From: an uncultured Chloroflexia bacterium | Lineage (GTDB): Bacteria > Chloroflexota > UBA6077 > JACCZL01 | DNA: 64,000 bases | Assembly: GCA_963765765.1 (NCBI GenBank) | Contig: CAVXYC010000020.1 | Location: forward strand, 480,001 to 544,000 | Direction: 5' to 3' | Part shown: positions 21,656 to 32,213 of the stretch, piece after piece | Position numbering within the stretch: the stretch's first letter is position 1 | Layout: each line of letters opens with the position of its first letter | Program-made: the position numbers and the translations under genes | The notes under the pieces: generated by a model | Database searches by the model: none | What the model was told of the DNA's origin: nothing | What the model saw: only the letters and a program-made list of their open reading frames with translations

Positions 21656-22138
21656 TCACCTCCACCAGAGTACCACCGCCGAAACGGTGCAGCCGAGCTT
21701 CTCGACACGATGCTCGGCCATCCGGATCATCAAACGCGCGAGTTTCATCCCACGCTGGTTAAACGCGTCCTCCACCATCTGGCGCACTGCGCCCTCCGCT
21801 TTCTCAGCGGAGTTAGACGAGTGCTCAAAAATCATCCCGTGACTGTCGTCACTCAGTCCGATCCCTATCACGGAGCAGACTTGTTCACCCGGTACATTGC
21901 TATGCCTCGTTGCATAGACGGCCGGAACTAACGTGCCGGGCCCAATCGGTATTGGCTGATCCAGCATGACCGCCCCTGTGGGCACCACACTGCTCACCTT
22001 GACGAGGTTGAGGTTGCCAACCCCCGCATTGAGCAACGCATTATCGAACGCGTTGATCGGCGTCGCTCCCTCAGCGCTTCCGGACGCCAGCCAGAAGACA
22101 TTGGGTGCGCTCCAGGTGTTCAGTTCCAGTCCCGCCAC
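21656..22138 (-). CDS. pdaD: Pyruvoyl-dependent arginine decarboxylase
   Basis: AFDNALLNAGVGNLNLVKVSSVVP (Ser-Ser self-cleavage motif). Confidence 0.9.
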   Translation of the reverse strand: MAGLELNTWSAPNVFWLASGSAEGATPINAFDNALLNAGVGNLNLVKVSSVVPTGAVMLDQPIPIGPGTLVPAVYATRHSNVPGEQVCSVIGIGLSDDSHGMIFEHSSNSAEKAEGAVRQMVEDAFNQRGMKLARLMIRMAEHRVEKLGCTVSAVVLWWR

Positions 22139-22337
22139 GTAGCTATGCTTCCTTCGATCACGTCTATTTCAGACCAACACAAAACACCACCCCAAGGCGG
22201 CCCCGCACATCAATGCGAGCGGTCAGGCTTGTAAGCCGGCCCCAGAAAATGGTGCTCTGGTGAGAATCGTATTGTCGATGGCCAACGGCATCAGAATGTG
22301 ACAATTCTGAAAGCCGGCAGCACCCCGTACTATATCA
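22139..22337 (-). promoter_or_regulatory. Extended -10 promoter and ~190-nt leader of the polyamine operon, containing short uORFs and a palindrome
   Basis: TGaTATAGT at 22337-22329; TCAGAAT-N6-ATTCTGA at 22291-22310; uORFs at 22323-22291 and 22291-22223. Confidence 0.5.
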
Positions 22338-22455
22338 CAAGCCAAGAGCCCACTCGTGGGAGCGCGAGAGCAAGGTCTGCGCCGCGACGGTCAGTGAGCG
22401 CTTTATCTACACCTGGATATTGATAAAGACAAAGGACATCGCCACCCAGCCGGAC

Positions 22456-22480
22456 AGAGCCGCATCCCATCGGGATGTGC
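22456..22480 (+). repeat. Short dispersed hairpin repeat, copy 1 (inverted copy at 25091-25115)
   Basis: agagccgcatcccatcgggatgtgc vs reverse complement agagccgcatcccacaaggatgtgc, 22/25. Confidence 0.6.
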
Positions 22481-22607
22481 TCCCATCACGAGGATGCACA
22501 GGATCCGAGCATATCATCAACCCGCCACCGAGCCGCTCACGTGCGCGGCTCGGACGGTCCTGAGGGTGATTGCGCCAGTGCGGTTGGTCGCGGGAGGATT
22601 TGCTCGC

Positions 22608-23461
22608 TTACGGTCGCGACTCGGATTCAGGATCTGGGGCTGCATCCTCGGTTTCCAGCTGATCAGCGGCCACGCGCCCTCTCGCCCAGGGACGCGCCAG
22701 GCGTCGCGCTACGACGATGAAACCCGTGTGCCCGACCATTGTCTGCTCAGGCCGGACAGCCTGTCCTTCGACCTTCCAGGGACGATAAAGCGTCTCGAGC
22801 ACCTCGGGCGTTTCGAACCAACCGGAGGCGTTGATGGTCTCCACCGTTTGCTGTACCTGGACAATGGACGGGTTAAAGCCCAACAATAGTCCGCCCGGAA
22901 CCAACGCTTCTATTGCCGACGGGACCGCGCGCCAGGGCTCTGGCACATCAAGAACTATGCGATCAAGAGGTGCATCTTCAATTTCCACCGTGACGTCGCG
23001 CTCGCGCACGAGATGATTTGTCGGCGACCCCTGAAATCCTTCGATGTTCTTCTTAGCGAGCTGAATGAAGTCCGAGCGGGTCTCGTAGCTAATCACGAGG
23101 CCTTGGTCGCCTACAGCGCGAAGCAAGTAGAGGCTCAGGGCTCCGGAGCCCAATCCTGCCTCCAGCACTCTCATGCCCGGGCCGATATCCCCCCAGAGCA
23201 GGATGACCCCAGCATCCTTCGGATAGATGACCCCGGAGTGCCTGGTCATCTCCAGCACGTAATCCGAGAGGCGCGGCCGCCACACGGTAAATGGCGTGCC
23301 CGTGCTGGTGCGGATCAGTGCTCCCTGCTCAGCGCTGAGGATTTCCGAGTGCTCAACGGTGCCCTTGTTGCTGTGAAATCGCGCCCGGAGCGGAGCCGTA
23401 CGAGGCGTCTCCGCCCGGTTCGGTCAACCAGGAGAACGGACTCTCCGTTTTGAAATGACAT
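22608..23461 (-). CDS. trmI: tRNA (adenine(58)-N1)-methyltransferase, frameshifted
   Basis: RPRLSDYVLEMTR, IYPKD, VLEAGLGSGALS, LDVPEPW, VRP...VGHTGFI. Confidence 0.92.
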
Positions 23462-23740
23462 TGTCTGAAGGTCCCGGCTCGCCGGGGCGGCGGATTGTAA
23501 CACAGGCTTGACGGGCTACCGATGGTCCGAAACGGGGCTGTGACAAAGCGACCGATACGATCTGGTCGCGTTGAATTATCGGTACGGAGGCATTGAGCTT
23601 GGCAATGCGAGGCGCGGAGCGATTGGCAATGGCCAGGAGGCCGATATCACTGATCCAGATTCGCCCGGAAGGCGCCATACCGGGCGCGCAGGCGCTTCGC
23701 GTCGGTTCGAATCGCGCGGAAGAGGCTCCGATCGGGCATA

Positions 23741-24827
23741 TTGAATCCGCTCACGATCGGAATAGGGGTCGTGACGATCACGCTCGTCACCGGAGCGTCC
23801 GTGATACTCTTGCGGCCCGCCGAGGAGTTTGCGCCGGCTCGGGATCTGGTGGATCCGGTGGAGATGCCCACGCTTGATCCAGTGGCAACATCGGATCTAG
23901 ACCTTCCCATCGCGGCACCGTTACCGCCGGTCCCGGATGCGATTGTGGCTGAGCCACCAAATGGACTCCAGGTGGTCCCGTATACCGTCCGTTCTGGAGA
24001 TACCGTCCATGGACTCGCGGAGCGTTTTGGGGTCTCCGCCGAAACGATTGTCTGGGCGAATGACCTGGCAGACGCGGATCTCCTGAGCATCGGCGATACG
24101 CTGGAGATACCCCCGGTGAGCGGTGTGCTTCACCGCGTTAGACCCGGCGATACAGCTGCGGAGCTGGTGTCGTTCTACGGTGGCGCACTGCGTGAGGTAT
24201 TCGAGGTGAATCGCTTGGAGCCGCCGTTCATCATTGTCGTGGGCCAGCCACTCCTGATTCCCGGTGGAAAGGTGCCACCTTCCGTAACTCCTGAGGCCTC
24301 GGCGGAATCCGCTTGCGGCCTCGGCGCAGTTACCGCCATTGGCGATACCGCCTGCCGCGACGGAGGATCAGCGCTCGTTTATTCTGGGTCACGCTCGGGC
24401 CGCCCAGCGATCGCAGAAATCGACCGGTATCCCCGCATCGGTCACACTGGCACAAGCGATTCTTGAAACCTATTGGGGAACCAGTCGTCTATCGCGCGAA
24501 GCGCACAACTACTTTGGCATCAAGGCCCGCGAAGAGCCCGGCCCAGCCGGCGTCATCACCTTCAATGTTTGGGAGCATGTGAACGGGCGCGACATCTACA
24601 GCAATGAGCCGTTCCGCCGATACCACAGCGCGGAGGAATCTTTTGTGGATCACGCAAACTGGTTTCACCGCTGGCCTCGCTACGCGGCAGCGCTTGGAGT
24701 ACGTCAAGACCCCAAGGCCTTTGCCCGTGCGATCAATCAAGCAGGCTACGCCACCGATCCCGCGTACTCCGCCAAGCTCATCAGTCTGATGGATAAGTTC
24801 AACCTGTATGCGTACGATTTGGGATAG
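23741..24827 (+). CDS. LysM x2 + GH73 glucosaminidase (FlgJ-like) peptidoglycan hydrolase, frameshifted
   Basis: N-terminal TM; YTVRSGDT and HRVRPGDT LysM repeats; IPASVTLAQAILET, NYFGIK, GYATDPAYSAKL. Confidence 0.88.
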
Positions 24828-25090
24828 GAGCATGCGGCGATCCAAACAAGCCGTCCCTAACTCTTGACTTTCCGCCCGAACGCGGATGCGCTGTTCTCGA
24901 TACTGGCGGTCGGCGCACCATCAGTCACAGGTCGGCTCCATCAACCAGCCTCCGAGCCGCGCAAATGAGTAAGCGGTTTCTCTCGCCATCTCAACGTCCA
25001 CAGTTGTTCGGGAGATGAACCGCCAACTCACGTGCGCAGCGCTGTCGCATTAGATGCTTGTGTTCGGGGTCAGGTCGTTCGCGAGGAGCC

Positions 25091-25115
25091 GCACATCCTT
25101 GTGGGATGCGGCTCT
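25091..25115 (-). repeat. Short dispersed hairpin repeat, copy 2
   Basis: Inverted copy of 22456-22480, just downstream of the phosphatase stop. Confidence 0.6.
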
Positions 25116-25126
25116 ATCAGGCGGAC

Positions 25127-25708
25127 TCAGCAGCTGGCAGGAACAAGCGGCAGTCCGAGCTCCAGGCGTATGACTGACGCATTCACGGGAAAGACTTGCA
25201 GGACTTGCTCCAGCGGCTCGCCAGTGGTGAGGGATTGGATGACGTTCATCGTCACCTTATGCGTGACAATGACCACCGATCCCTCGGGCCAGGCCTGCGC
25301 GACGTCCGCAAGCCCCTCTCTTACTCGTGCCACGACCTCAGCGATGGACTCGCCGCCGGGAGGCCGAGATTCCATCGGATGCTCCATCCAGAACGCATGC
25401 TCCTTCGGATAGGCCCCGAGGATCTCTGGCAGGGTGAGACCTTCCCAGACGCCCAGATTCACTTCGTTGAACCGGGGATCGCGCTGGACCTCCAGGGCGT
25501 GGCGCCGTGCGATTGCCTCGGCGGTGCGTAACGCCCGCTGAAGACCGCTCGCATAGATAGCGTCAATCGGCATCAGCGCTAGCTCGTCCGCCAGCGCCTC
25601 TGCCTGGCGAACGCCCTGATCGTTGAGCGGGACATCCGACTGTCCCTGATACCGTCCCTCGATGTTCCATTCCGTAGCGCCGTGTCGGCAGACCAGGAGG
25701 CTTGTCAT
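25127..25708 (-). CDS. Histidine phosphatase family protein (PGM/CobC-like)
   Basis: CRHGATEWN, GQSDVPLN, S-L-RA, PGGES, IVTH. Confidence 0.9.
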   Translation of the reverse strand: MTSLLVCRHGATEWNIEGRYQGQSDVPLNDQGVRQAEALADELALMPIDAIYASGLQRALRTAEAIARRHALEVQRDPRFNEVNLGVWEGLTLPEILGAYPKEHAFWMEHPMESRPPGGESIAEVVARVREGLADVAQAWPEGSVVIVTHKVTMNVIQSLTTGEPLEQVLQVFPVNASVIRLELGLPLVPASC

Positions 25709-25863
25709 GAACTCTCCCTTCCCAAATCTTCGCACAACGCGACAGATCCAGAGCGAGCCGCGGCAACGACCTGTCGATCGAGACTGGAGAACGACCAGTT
25801 CCGTTGGGCGCAGCAACTCTGAAAAGGAAAAACCGCGGCGCATATGAGCGCCGCGGTCGAGAA

Positions 25864-27576
25864 CTAGACGAGCGCCGGTTCGGGCTCGCTCAGGGCTTTC
25901 AATCGCTCCAGCCCTACTCTGTGACAGAAGTCACCAAAGCCTTCTCCCGTGAATCGCTCATCGCGAAATGCCAGGAAGAGCGGGCGCAGTCGATCGGGGA
26001 TCTCATCGGATGGAACGAGGTCGGCGAGGAGCGTGTTCAATCGCGTGCCCTCGAAATCGCCGCCCACGTAGAGCTGGTACTTGCCGAGCGTACGCCCCAC
26101 CAGTCCAATATCTCCGATATACGGTCGCGCGCAACCGTTGGGGCAACCGGTCATGCGAACGCTGAGCTGCTCACCACCCAGGCCAAGCTCAGACATCAGG
26201 CCATGGATTCGGCGAACGATCGACGGCAGAACACGCTCGGATTCGGCCACTGCCAGGCCACAGGTGGGGATTGCGGGACATGCCATACTGTTAAGCAGAA
26301 CATTTGGCAGATCGCCGGCCAACGGAACCCCGTACCCCCGAAGGATCTGCTCGATCGCTCCGCGGTCCTTTGCCTTGACGTCGGTGAAAATCAGATTCTG
26401 TAATGCAGTCAGGCGAATTCCTGGCTTGAACTTCTCCACGATCTCGCGGAAGGCTGTCTTCATGTAGACGCCGTTGGCGTCCTGCAAACGACCATTCTCA
26501 ATGAAGATGCCGAGATACCACTTCCCGTCGTACTGCTTGTGCCAGCCGAAGTGATCGCCCGCGTGGTTCCATTCCAACGGCCGAGGCGGAGCCAGCGAAC
26601 GGCCCAGTCGGCGCTCAACTTCCGCGCGGAACTTGTCGATACCCCAATCTTCGACGAGGTACTTCATGCGCGCTCGCCGGCGATTATCTCGTCGGCCATT
26701 GTCACGCTGGACCTCAATGATCGTGAGAAAGAGCTCCTCAAGCTGATCGGGCTCCACAAACCCGAGCGGCTGTGCCAGAAGCGGGTATGTCTCGGACTGG
26801 CCATGCGTCATGCCCATGCCGCCACCCACGACAACTGTGAAACCGGCCAGCTTGCCATCGTCGATGTGGGCCACCATGCCGATGTCCTGGGAGAAGACAT
26901 CGATACAGTTATCCCCTCAATCGCCAGGCCAGACTTGAACTTTCGGGGCAGGTATGTCTCACCGTAGAGCGGATCAGCTTCCTGTTCGGTGGAGATGATT
27001 TTCTCGCCATCCATCCAGATCTCGTGATAGGCCTTGGTGGTTGGCAGGGTGCGATCGCTGAGCTGGTGCGCGTAACGTTGAACTTCGGACGAGCACAGCG
27101 CGATCGTACGGCGCAGGACAAGCCACCAGATTGCGCTCAACATCACCGCAAGCGCCAAGCGTGGTGACGAGGGCGTCATTCATGGACTTAATGGTCTTCT
27201 TCAGATTGCCCTTGCCCACGTAATGGAGCTGGAAGCACTGGCGCGTCGTGACGCGAAGTGTGTTGTTCGCATACGTCGAAGCGATATCGTCGAAGGCGAG
27301 GTACTGATCTGCGGTCAATTCGCCGCCCGGGATCTTGGCGCGGATCATCATGATCCATTCGCGATCACGCTTCTCGGCTCGAGCCTTCAAGCGCTCGTCG
27401 CGATTGTCTTGCTGATAGACGCCATGAAACTTGAGGAGGTTGTATTCATCCTCCGAAAAGTGACTGGCGTCGCCTTCGAGTGTCTCTTTGATCGTGCCGC
27501 GTAGGTGCTTACTACCCTCTTTGAGTAGCTCGACTCCAACGCGCTTGACTGGCGGTGCGGACTCAGCCCCGGACAT
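25864..27576 (-). CDS. cysI: Assimilatory sulfite reductase siroheme subunit (CysI/Sir), frameshifted
   Basis: LLKFHGVYQQDNRD, TTRQ, ACGDVERN, YLPRKFK, MACPAIPTCGLA, RMTGCPNGCARP. Confidence 0.88.
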
Positions 27577-27621
27577 CTCTAGGCCTCCCTGACGGTCATC
27601 TACTCACATACTAATGGCCCG

Positions 27622-27655
27622 ATAGTAGACGATGTCGACTGACTTAGTCAACAAA
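27622..27655 (-). promoter_or_regulatory. Sulfite reductase promoter overlapped by an Rrf2-family (IscR/CymR-like) palindrome
   Basis: gtcGACTgacttAGTCaac at 27634-27652; minus strand TTGACT-18 nt-TACTAT. Confidence 0.6.
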
Positions 27656-27781
27656 CTTTACCCCGTATCAAGTTCTCTATTTCAACGAAATGCTACAGCG
27701 GAATTGTCGTCAATTACATCGCGTGAGCATCAATAGTAGCCGCGCCGAGACTGGTTCCCGGCCTGGCTATAATGCCAGCGC

Positions 27782-29089
27782 ATGGCCACAAAGTCTACTT
27801 CGACATTCCCCGCCTTCGTACAGCGGCTCGGCGTTCACTACGCCTGGATTGTCGTTGCGCTGACATTCTGCTCCGTACTAGCGGGAGCAGGAATCCGGGC
27901 TGCGCCGCCAATATTCATCGTGCCTTTTGAGCAGGAGTTTGGCTGGAGCCGCGCGGACCTCTCTCAAGCCATCTCATTGAACCTACTAATGTACGGAATC
28001 GGCGGTCCGCTGGCTGGAAAGCTGATCGAGCTTCGTGGCGTGCGGTTCGTGCAGATGGCCGGCCTGACGATGTTAGGCGTTGGCGTTACCGGAACGCTGT
28101 TTATGAGCTCACTCTGGCAGCTCAATTTGCTGTGGGGACTGATCGTCGGACTTGGAGCTGGAGGTGCAGCCACTGTCTCATCGGCGGCCGTGGCTACACG
28201 CTGGTTCGTGAAGCGACGGGGCCTGGCTAGCGGAGTTCTGACAAGCGCCGTCTCCATGGGTCAGCTCATCTTCTACCCATCGCTAATGGCGATCGTGCTT
28301 GCATTCGATTGGCGCGTGGCGGCCGCCCTCCTCGCGGCCCTTGCGTTCACCGTGCTTGTCCCACTGGCACTGTTCACACGGAATGATCCCTCGGAGCTCG
28401 GCCTGCGCCCCTACGGTGACGATAAGCCGGTAGGCTCAGCACATCTGACGCCCCTTCAGGCTGAGCCTCGTGTTGCCGGCAGCGAGGTTATGCGCGCATC
28501 CACGTTCTGGCTGCTATTCGGCGCGTTCTCCACCTGTGGCGCTACCACAGCTGGTCTTATTGGGACCCACCTTATTCCACACGCTGTGGATCACGGAATC
28601 TCGCAAATGACCGCGGCATCCACGATTGGCATGATGGGCTTCCTGAACTTCTTCGGGACCATCGGCTCGGGATGGCTAACAGACAGAATGGACCCGCGAA
28701 AGATCCTTGCCGGTGCGTTTCTTGTCCGCGGCGTAGCATTGTTGATGTTACCGACACTGTCATCGATGACATTTTTCGATACAGTTCCCGGTCTTTTTGT
28801 GTTTGGGGTGATATTCGGACTGGATTGGCTCGCAACCGGCCCGCCGCTCATCTCCCTTATAGCTGATAGATTCGGACGCCGCTCGACGCCTTACGTCTTT
28901 GGCTGGGTCTTCCTGGGTCACCAGCTCGGGTCGGCGATGGCAGCCTGGGGAGGCGGGTACGCGCGCGTTGCCTTTGGCGATTACGGCCCGGCGTTCTTCA
29001 TCGCCGGACTTGTCGCATTCGGCGGCGCCATCCTGGGCCTGCGGGTGCGCCGACCCCAACCGCAACAGCCACTACCCGTCGCCGCGTAG
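27782..29089 (+). CDS. MFS transporter (YcxA-like)
   Basis: HYAWIVV, FGWSRADLS, ATRWFVKRRGLA, FWLL, SGWLTDR, GHQLGSA. Confidence 0.9.
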   Translation: MATKSTSTFPAFVQRLGVHYAWIVVALTFCSVLAGAGIRAAPPIFIVPFEQEFGWSRADLSQAISLNLLMYGIGGPLAGKLIELRGVRFVQMAGLTMLGVGVTGTLFMSSLWQLNLLWGLIVGLGAGGAATVSSAAVATRWFVKRRGLASGVLTSAVSMGQLIFYPSLMAIVLAFDWRVAAALLAALAFTVLVPLALFTRNDPSELGLRPYGDDKPVGSAHLTPLQAEPRVAGSEVMRASTFWLLFGAFSTCGATTAGLIGTHLIPHAVDHGISQMTAASTIGMMGFLNFFGTIGSGWLTDRMDPRKILAGAFLVRGVALLMLPTLSSMTFFDTVPGLFVFGVIFGLDWLATGPPLISLIADRFGRRSTPYVFGWVFLGHQLGSAMAAWGGGYARVAFGDYGPAFFIAGLVAFGGAILGLRVRRPQPQQPLPVAA

Positions 29090-29315
29090 CAGCTCCGCGG
29101 ATTGGGCTAGGGGCGTTCCTCACCGCTTCCACTGAAGCCGGCCTCTGTGTCGGTGCGTTCCGAATGGAACGACCGGGCGCCAGCCCTTTGACTCGGCGTT
29201 CTTCGCCGCTTTTGCCAGGGTGGAAGCGTCTTCAGTGTCGCTCCGCACCGTTAGAAAGCGACGAGGACCGCCACAGTCAAGGCTTCAGTTCGGATCCGCC
29301 TGCGCATCGATTTTC

Positions 29316-29426
29316 TTGTGGACTCTTTCAACTGGCGATATACTGCCCGCCATTGATCTGAACGAATGCAATGGCGCTGTCACAGGATTGACAGCGCTCG
29401 ATTGCCCTGGAAGGGGAGCCATTATC
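29316..29426 (+). promoter_or_regulatory. Conserved tctC promoter + structured leader, copy 1
   Basis: TTGTGG-17-TATACT, GGCGATATACTGCCCGCCAT core, stem gcgctgtca/tgacagcgc, GGGAGCC SD. Confidence 0.75.
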
Positions 29427-30655
29427 GTGCGAATGTCGTTCTGGGCATCTGTCGTCTCAACCGCGTTGATCACCGTCGCGTGCTCACCCGCGGCCGCACC
29501 GGCGCCAACCGCGGCGCCGGCCAAGCCGACCGCCGCTAGTGCTGCACCATCAGGGTCACCCGCGGCGGCTGGTTCCCCGGCGGCTGCTGGCTCTCCCGCG
29601 GCGGCTGCATCTCCTGCGGCGGGCGCCGCACCGGCATCCGCTGCACCAGCAAACAAGCCAGCGGTTGATCCGGATTACGCGTTCTTTGCTGGGAAGACCG
29701 TGCGCATCCTGGTTCCATTTGCCCCAGGTGGCGGCCAGGACATCGCCGCTCGACTATTTGCTAGCAAGTGGGGCGACCAGTTTCCCAACAAGCCCAATTT
29801 CATCGTGGAGAACATGCCCGGCGCCGGAGGCGCGACCGGCATGCGCGATCTAATCGAGAAGAAGGCTCCCGATGGTCTGACGCTCATCGTCCCGGGCTCG
29901 GGAGTGGCGCTTCGCTGGCTCCTCAAGGAGCAAGGCCACAACTATCCAATGGACAAAATGCCGGCTATTGGTGCAATGCCTCCGGCACCGTTACGGTAGC
30001 ACGGGTGGATGCTGGGTTCCCGCTCGAGAAGCTCGTCGGTCGCGACAAGCCGCTGCGCGCGGTCACAATGCCCCAGGTGCCCTCGGACCTGTTGCGGATG
30101 CGCTCATCATGCGGATGCTGGGCATCCCCATGGACTTCATCTACGGTTTCGAGGGTTACGGCGAGGTCGCGATCGCGGTCGAGCGGGGCGAGATCGAAGA
30201 GTCGAACCGGGGATGCCTGGGTACCTACAGACCTGGCTACCCATGGTTGAAAGCAAGATGGTCTACCCACTCTTCCAGATTGGCCAGCTCGATGCCCAGG
30301 GGAGGTCCAACGTAGCCCGGTCATGCCGAACTGCCCACGGGATATGAGGAGTACAAGCGCATCAAGGGCGCCGAGCCCCGGCGACGGACTGGGAGGCGTA
30401 CCGTGTCCTGATCGGCATGAGCGCGCTCTCGGGAGTGGTTCTGACACACCCGGACATTCCAGCTGATCGTCTGTCCGCCCTACGGGACAGCTTCAACAAG
30501 ATGACCAATGACCCGGGCTGGGGCGCAGAGACCCAGCGAGTGCTGGGGCTAGCCGGCCCCAGCAGTGAGTGGCGACGTATCGGAGGGCTTCCATGCAGGT
30601 CATGATCAAGGCGCCGCCGTCGGTAGTAGACGTGTTGTCAAAGGCCGGTAGGTAG
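29427..30655 (+). CDS. Tripartite tricarboxylate transporter substrate-binding lipoprotein (Bug/TctC), paralog 1, frameshifted
   Basis: Lipobox TVAC, Ala/Pro linker, GKTVRILVPFAPGGGQD, VENMPGAGG, PDGLTL, AVERGEI. Confidence 0.85.
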
Positions 30656-30733
30656 GACCTTCGTTCCCTGATAGCCCTTTCAGTGACGCGACGAGCTTGG
30701 ATCTCGGCGAGTGATCGTTGCTTTCTGGAGACC

Positions 30734-30771
30734 GATCCGCAGGGAGCACAGCAAGCAACTCCCTGCGGATC
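30734..30771. terminator. 13-bp perfect hairpin after tctC paralog 1
   Basis: gatccgcagggag-N12-ctccctgcggatc. Confidence 0.55.
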
Positions 30772-30779
30772 TCAATTCA

Positions 30780-30889
30780 TTGTGGACCGACGGGCCCGGC
30801 GATATACTGGCCGCCATCGACCCAAAGGCAAGCCCTTGACGCTGACCAAGCGATACAGCGCCACAAAGGTGTGGGAGGGAGCCGTGACC
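30780..30889 (+). promoter_or_regulatory. Conserved tctC promoter + structured leader, copy 2
   Basis: TTGTGG-17-TATACT, GGCGATATACTGGCCGCCAT, stem cgctg/cagcg, GGGAGCC. Confidence 0.75.
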
Positions 30890-32106
30890 GTGCGATTGTC
30901 ACTCTGGTCAGCCGTCCTGACTGCCGCGTTCTCCGCGCTGGCTTGTTCGCCCGGAGCGCCGGCCTCGCCCACGGCCGCCCCAGCGAAGCCAACAGCGGCT
31001 ACCGGGGCCGCTCCCGCAGGCTCGCCCGCCGCCGCTGCGTCCCAGGGCGCTGCCGCCTCTCCAGCGGCTGGCGCTCCAGCAACAGGCGCAGCGCCAGCCG
31101 CGGCCAACAAGCCCGCGTCGCTCCCGACTACGCATTCTTCGGAGGCAAGACAGTCCGAATCCTTGTGCCATTCGCGCCGGGTGAGGACAGGACCTGCGGC
31201 TCGGATGTTCGCCAGCAGGTGGGGTGACTATTTCCCGAACAAGCCCAATTTCATTGTGGAAAACATGCCGGGAGCAGGTGGAGCCACCGGATGCGCGACC
31301 TCATCGAGAAGAAAGCGCCTGACGGTCTGACCCTGATCGTCCCCGGCTCAGGTGTGGCGCTGCGCTGGCTGCTAAAGGAGCAAGGGCACAACTATCCCAT
31401 GGACAAGATGCCCGCGATCGGCGCGATTCCGTCCGCGGGCGTGGTAGTCGTTCGAACCGACGCCGGCTTCCCCATTGAGAAGCTGATCGAGCGAGACAAA
31501 CCACTGCGCGGCGGTCAAAACGCGCCCGCGCCCTTGGACCGGTCGCCGATGCGCTCATCATGCGCATGCTGGGCATCCCGGTCGATTTCATCTACGGGTT
31601 TGAGGTTACGGTGAGGTCGCGATTGCAGTCGAGCGTGGCGAGATCGAGGAGACGACCCGGCGATGCCGAGCTATCTCCAGACCTACATGCCAATGGTCGA
31701 AAGTAAGCTCATTTACCCACTCTTCCAGACAGGCCAGCTCAACGAAAATGGAGAAGTTGTCCGAAATTCGTTGGCCCCGACTCTTCCAACCGGCGTTGAG
31801 GAGTACAAGCGCCTCAAGGGTACGGAGCCCGCTGGCCCGGACTGGGAGGCCTACAAGGTCCTGGTAGGCATGAGCGCCCTGACGGGCGCGGCCCTCACCC
31901 ATCCGGAATACCCGGCCGATCGGCTGTCTGCCCTGCGCGAAAGCTTTTTGAAAATGATCAATGATCCCAGCTGGGGGCCAGAGACAGCCCGCGTCCTCGG
32001 GCAACCTGCACCAGCGGTCGGCGGAGACGTGACCGAGGCATCCATGCAAGTCATGATCAAAGCTCCACCCTCAGTCGTCGAAGTGCTCTCCAAGGCGGGT
32101 AGGTGA
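30884..32106 (+). CDS. Bug/TctC substrate-binding lipoprotein, paralog 2, frameshifted
   Basis: Lipobox ALAC; same motifs as paralog 1; ends VLSKAGR. Confidence 0.85.
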
Positions 32107-32213
32107 TCCGTCAACGCTCTCCCCCGTTTGGGGCGCACGGCGTCACCGGGGACTCTGAGGGCACGCTCAAACCGGCGAACCAAGCCTGATACCAATGCAC
32201 ACCGAGGGCGGAC

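Noticed and set aside
22230-22265. SAM-I-like or spermidine riboswitch (ccagaaaatggtgc on the + strand)
   Set aside because: It lies antisense to the operon and lacks the AUC..GAG, kink-turn and GCAAC core elements.
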